Source: Macrostomum hystrix
Taxonomy: Eukaryota; Animalia; Platyhelminthes
Direction: 5' to 3'
Assembly (NCBI GenBank): GCA_950097015.1
Contig: CATNEN010000038.1
Location: 33,418,001-33,482,000 of the forward strand
Length of the DNA stretch: 64,000 nt
Of the stretch, positions 62,914 to 64,000 are shown one piece after another (positions within the stretch are counted from its first letter, which is position 1; every line of letters starts with the position of its first letter). The translations under genes were made by a program, and so were the position numbers. The notes below the pieces were generated by a model. It saw only the letters and a list, made by a program, of their open reading frames with translations, made no database searches and was not told the DNA's origin.

Positions 62914-63940
62914 CCCACCCACTGCCAACTAGCACCAACCACTGCCAACTAGCACCACCCACTGCCAACTAGCACCACCCACTGCCAACTAGCACCACCC
63001 ACTGCCAACTAGCACCACCCACTGCCAAATAGCACCACCCACTGCCAACTAGCACCACCCACTGCCAACTAGCACCACCCACTGCCAACTAGCACCACCC
63101 ACTGCTAACTAGCACCACCCACTGCCAACTAGCACCACCCACTGCCAACTAGCACCACCCACTGCCAACTAGCACCACCCACTGCCAACTAGCACCACCC
63201 ACTGCCAACTAGCACCACCCACTGCCAACTAGCACCACCCACTGCCAACTAGCACCACCCACTGCCAAATAGCACCACCCACTGCCAACTAGCACCACCC
63301 ACTGCCAACTAGCACCACCCACTGCCAACTAGCACCACCCACTGCCAACTAGCACCACCCACTGCCAAATAGCACCACCCACTGCCAACTAGCACCACCC
63401 ACTGCAAACTAGCACCACCCACTGCCAACTAGCACCACCCACTGCCAACTAGCACCACCCACTGCCAACTAGCACCACCCACTGCCAACTAGCACCACCC
63501 ACTGCCAAATAGCACCACCCACTGCCAACTAGCACCACCCACTGCCAACTAGCACCACCCACTGCCAACTAGCACCACCCACTGCCAACTAGCACCACCC
63601 ACTGCCAACTAGCACCACCCACTGCCAACTAGCACCACCCACTGCCAACTAGCACCACCCACTGCCAACTAGCACCACCCACTGCCAACTAGCACCACCC
63701 ACTGCCAAATAGCACCACCCACTGCCAACTAGCACCACCCACTGCCAACTAGCACCACCCACTGCCAACTAGCACCACCCACTGCCAACTAGCACCACCC
63801 ACTGCCAACTAGCACCACCCACTGCCAACTAGCACCACCCACTGCCAACTAGCACCACCCACTGCCAAATAGCATCACCCACTGCCAACTAGCACCACCC
63901 ACTGCCAACTAGCACCACCCACTGCCAACTAGCATCACCA
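62914..63940. repeat. 20-bp minisatellite ACTGCCAACTAGCACCACCC
   Basis: About 50 near-perfect units. Confidence 0.98.
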
Positions 63941-64000
63941 ATGCGCGTGATAGCTGAAAAAAACTTCAGCGGATACAACTATAGATTCGTATAGGAAACA

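Overview
Eukaryotic (animal) genomic DNA: AT-rich intergenic sequence, GC-rich exons, GT-AG introns, many 16-33 bp minisatellites and tRNA-derived SINEs. The style suggests a lophotrochozoan such as a Macrostomum-like flatworm, but this is inference only. Genes: an intronless kainate-like ionotropic glutamate receptor; a RING-only TRAF6-like protein; three tandem three-exon DEG/ENaC channel genes, the first destroyed by a LINE insertion, a ~700 bp deletion and a stop codon; a two-exon rhodopsin-class peptide-type GPCR; a LicD-family protein; a small ubiquitin-like ORF; an LDLa single-pass membrane protein; a vWA/alpha-kinase pseudogene; a secreted PAN-like protein with an inverted truncated paralog; and a PAN/C-type lectin. 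Mobile DNA: two SINE families (one nested in the other with a TSD), two RNase H LINE 3' fragments, Penelope, piggyBac and Gypsy fossils, and several MITEs. The most striking signal is that the DEG/ENaC paralogs are mosaics of near-identical exonic blocks and short hypervariable extracellular patches, with unrelated introns. The same patchwork recurs in the PAN-like gene pair. All exon models were read by eye; no searches were run.
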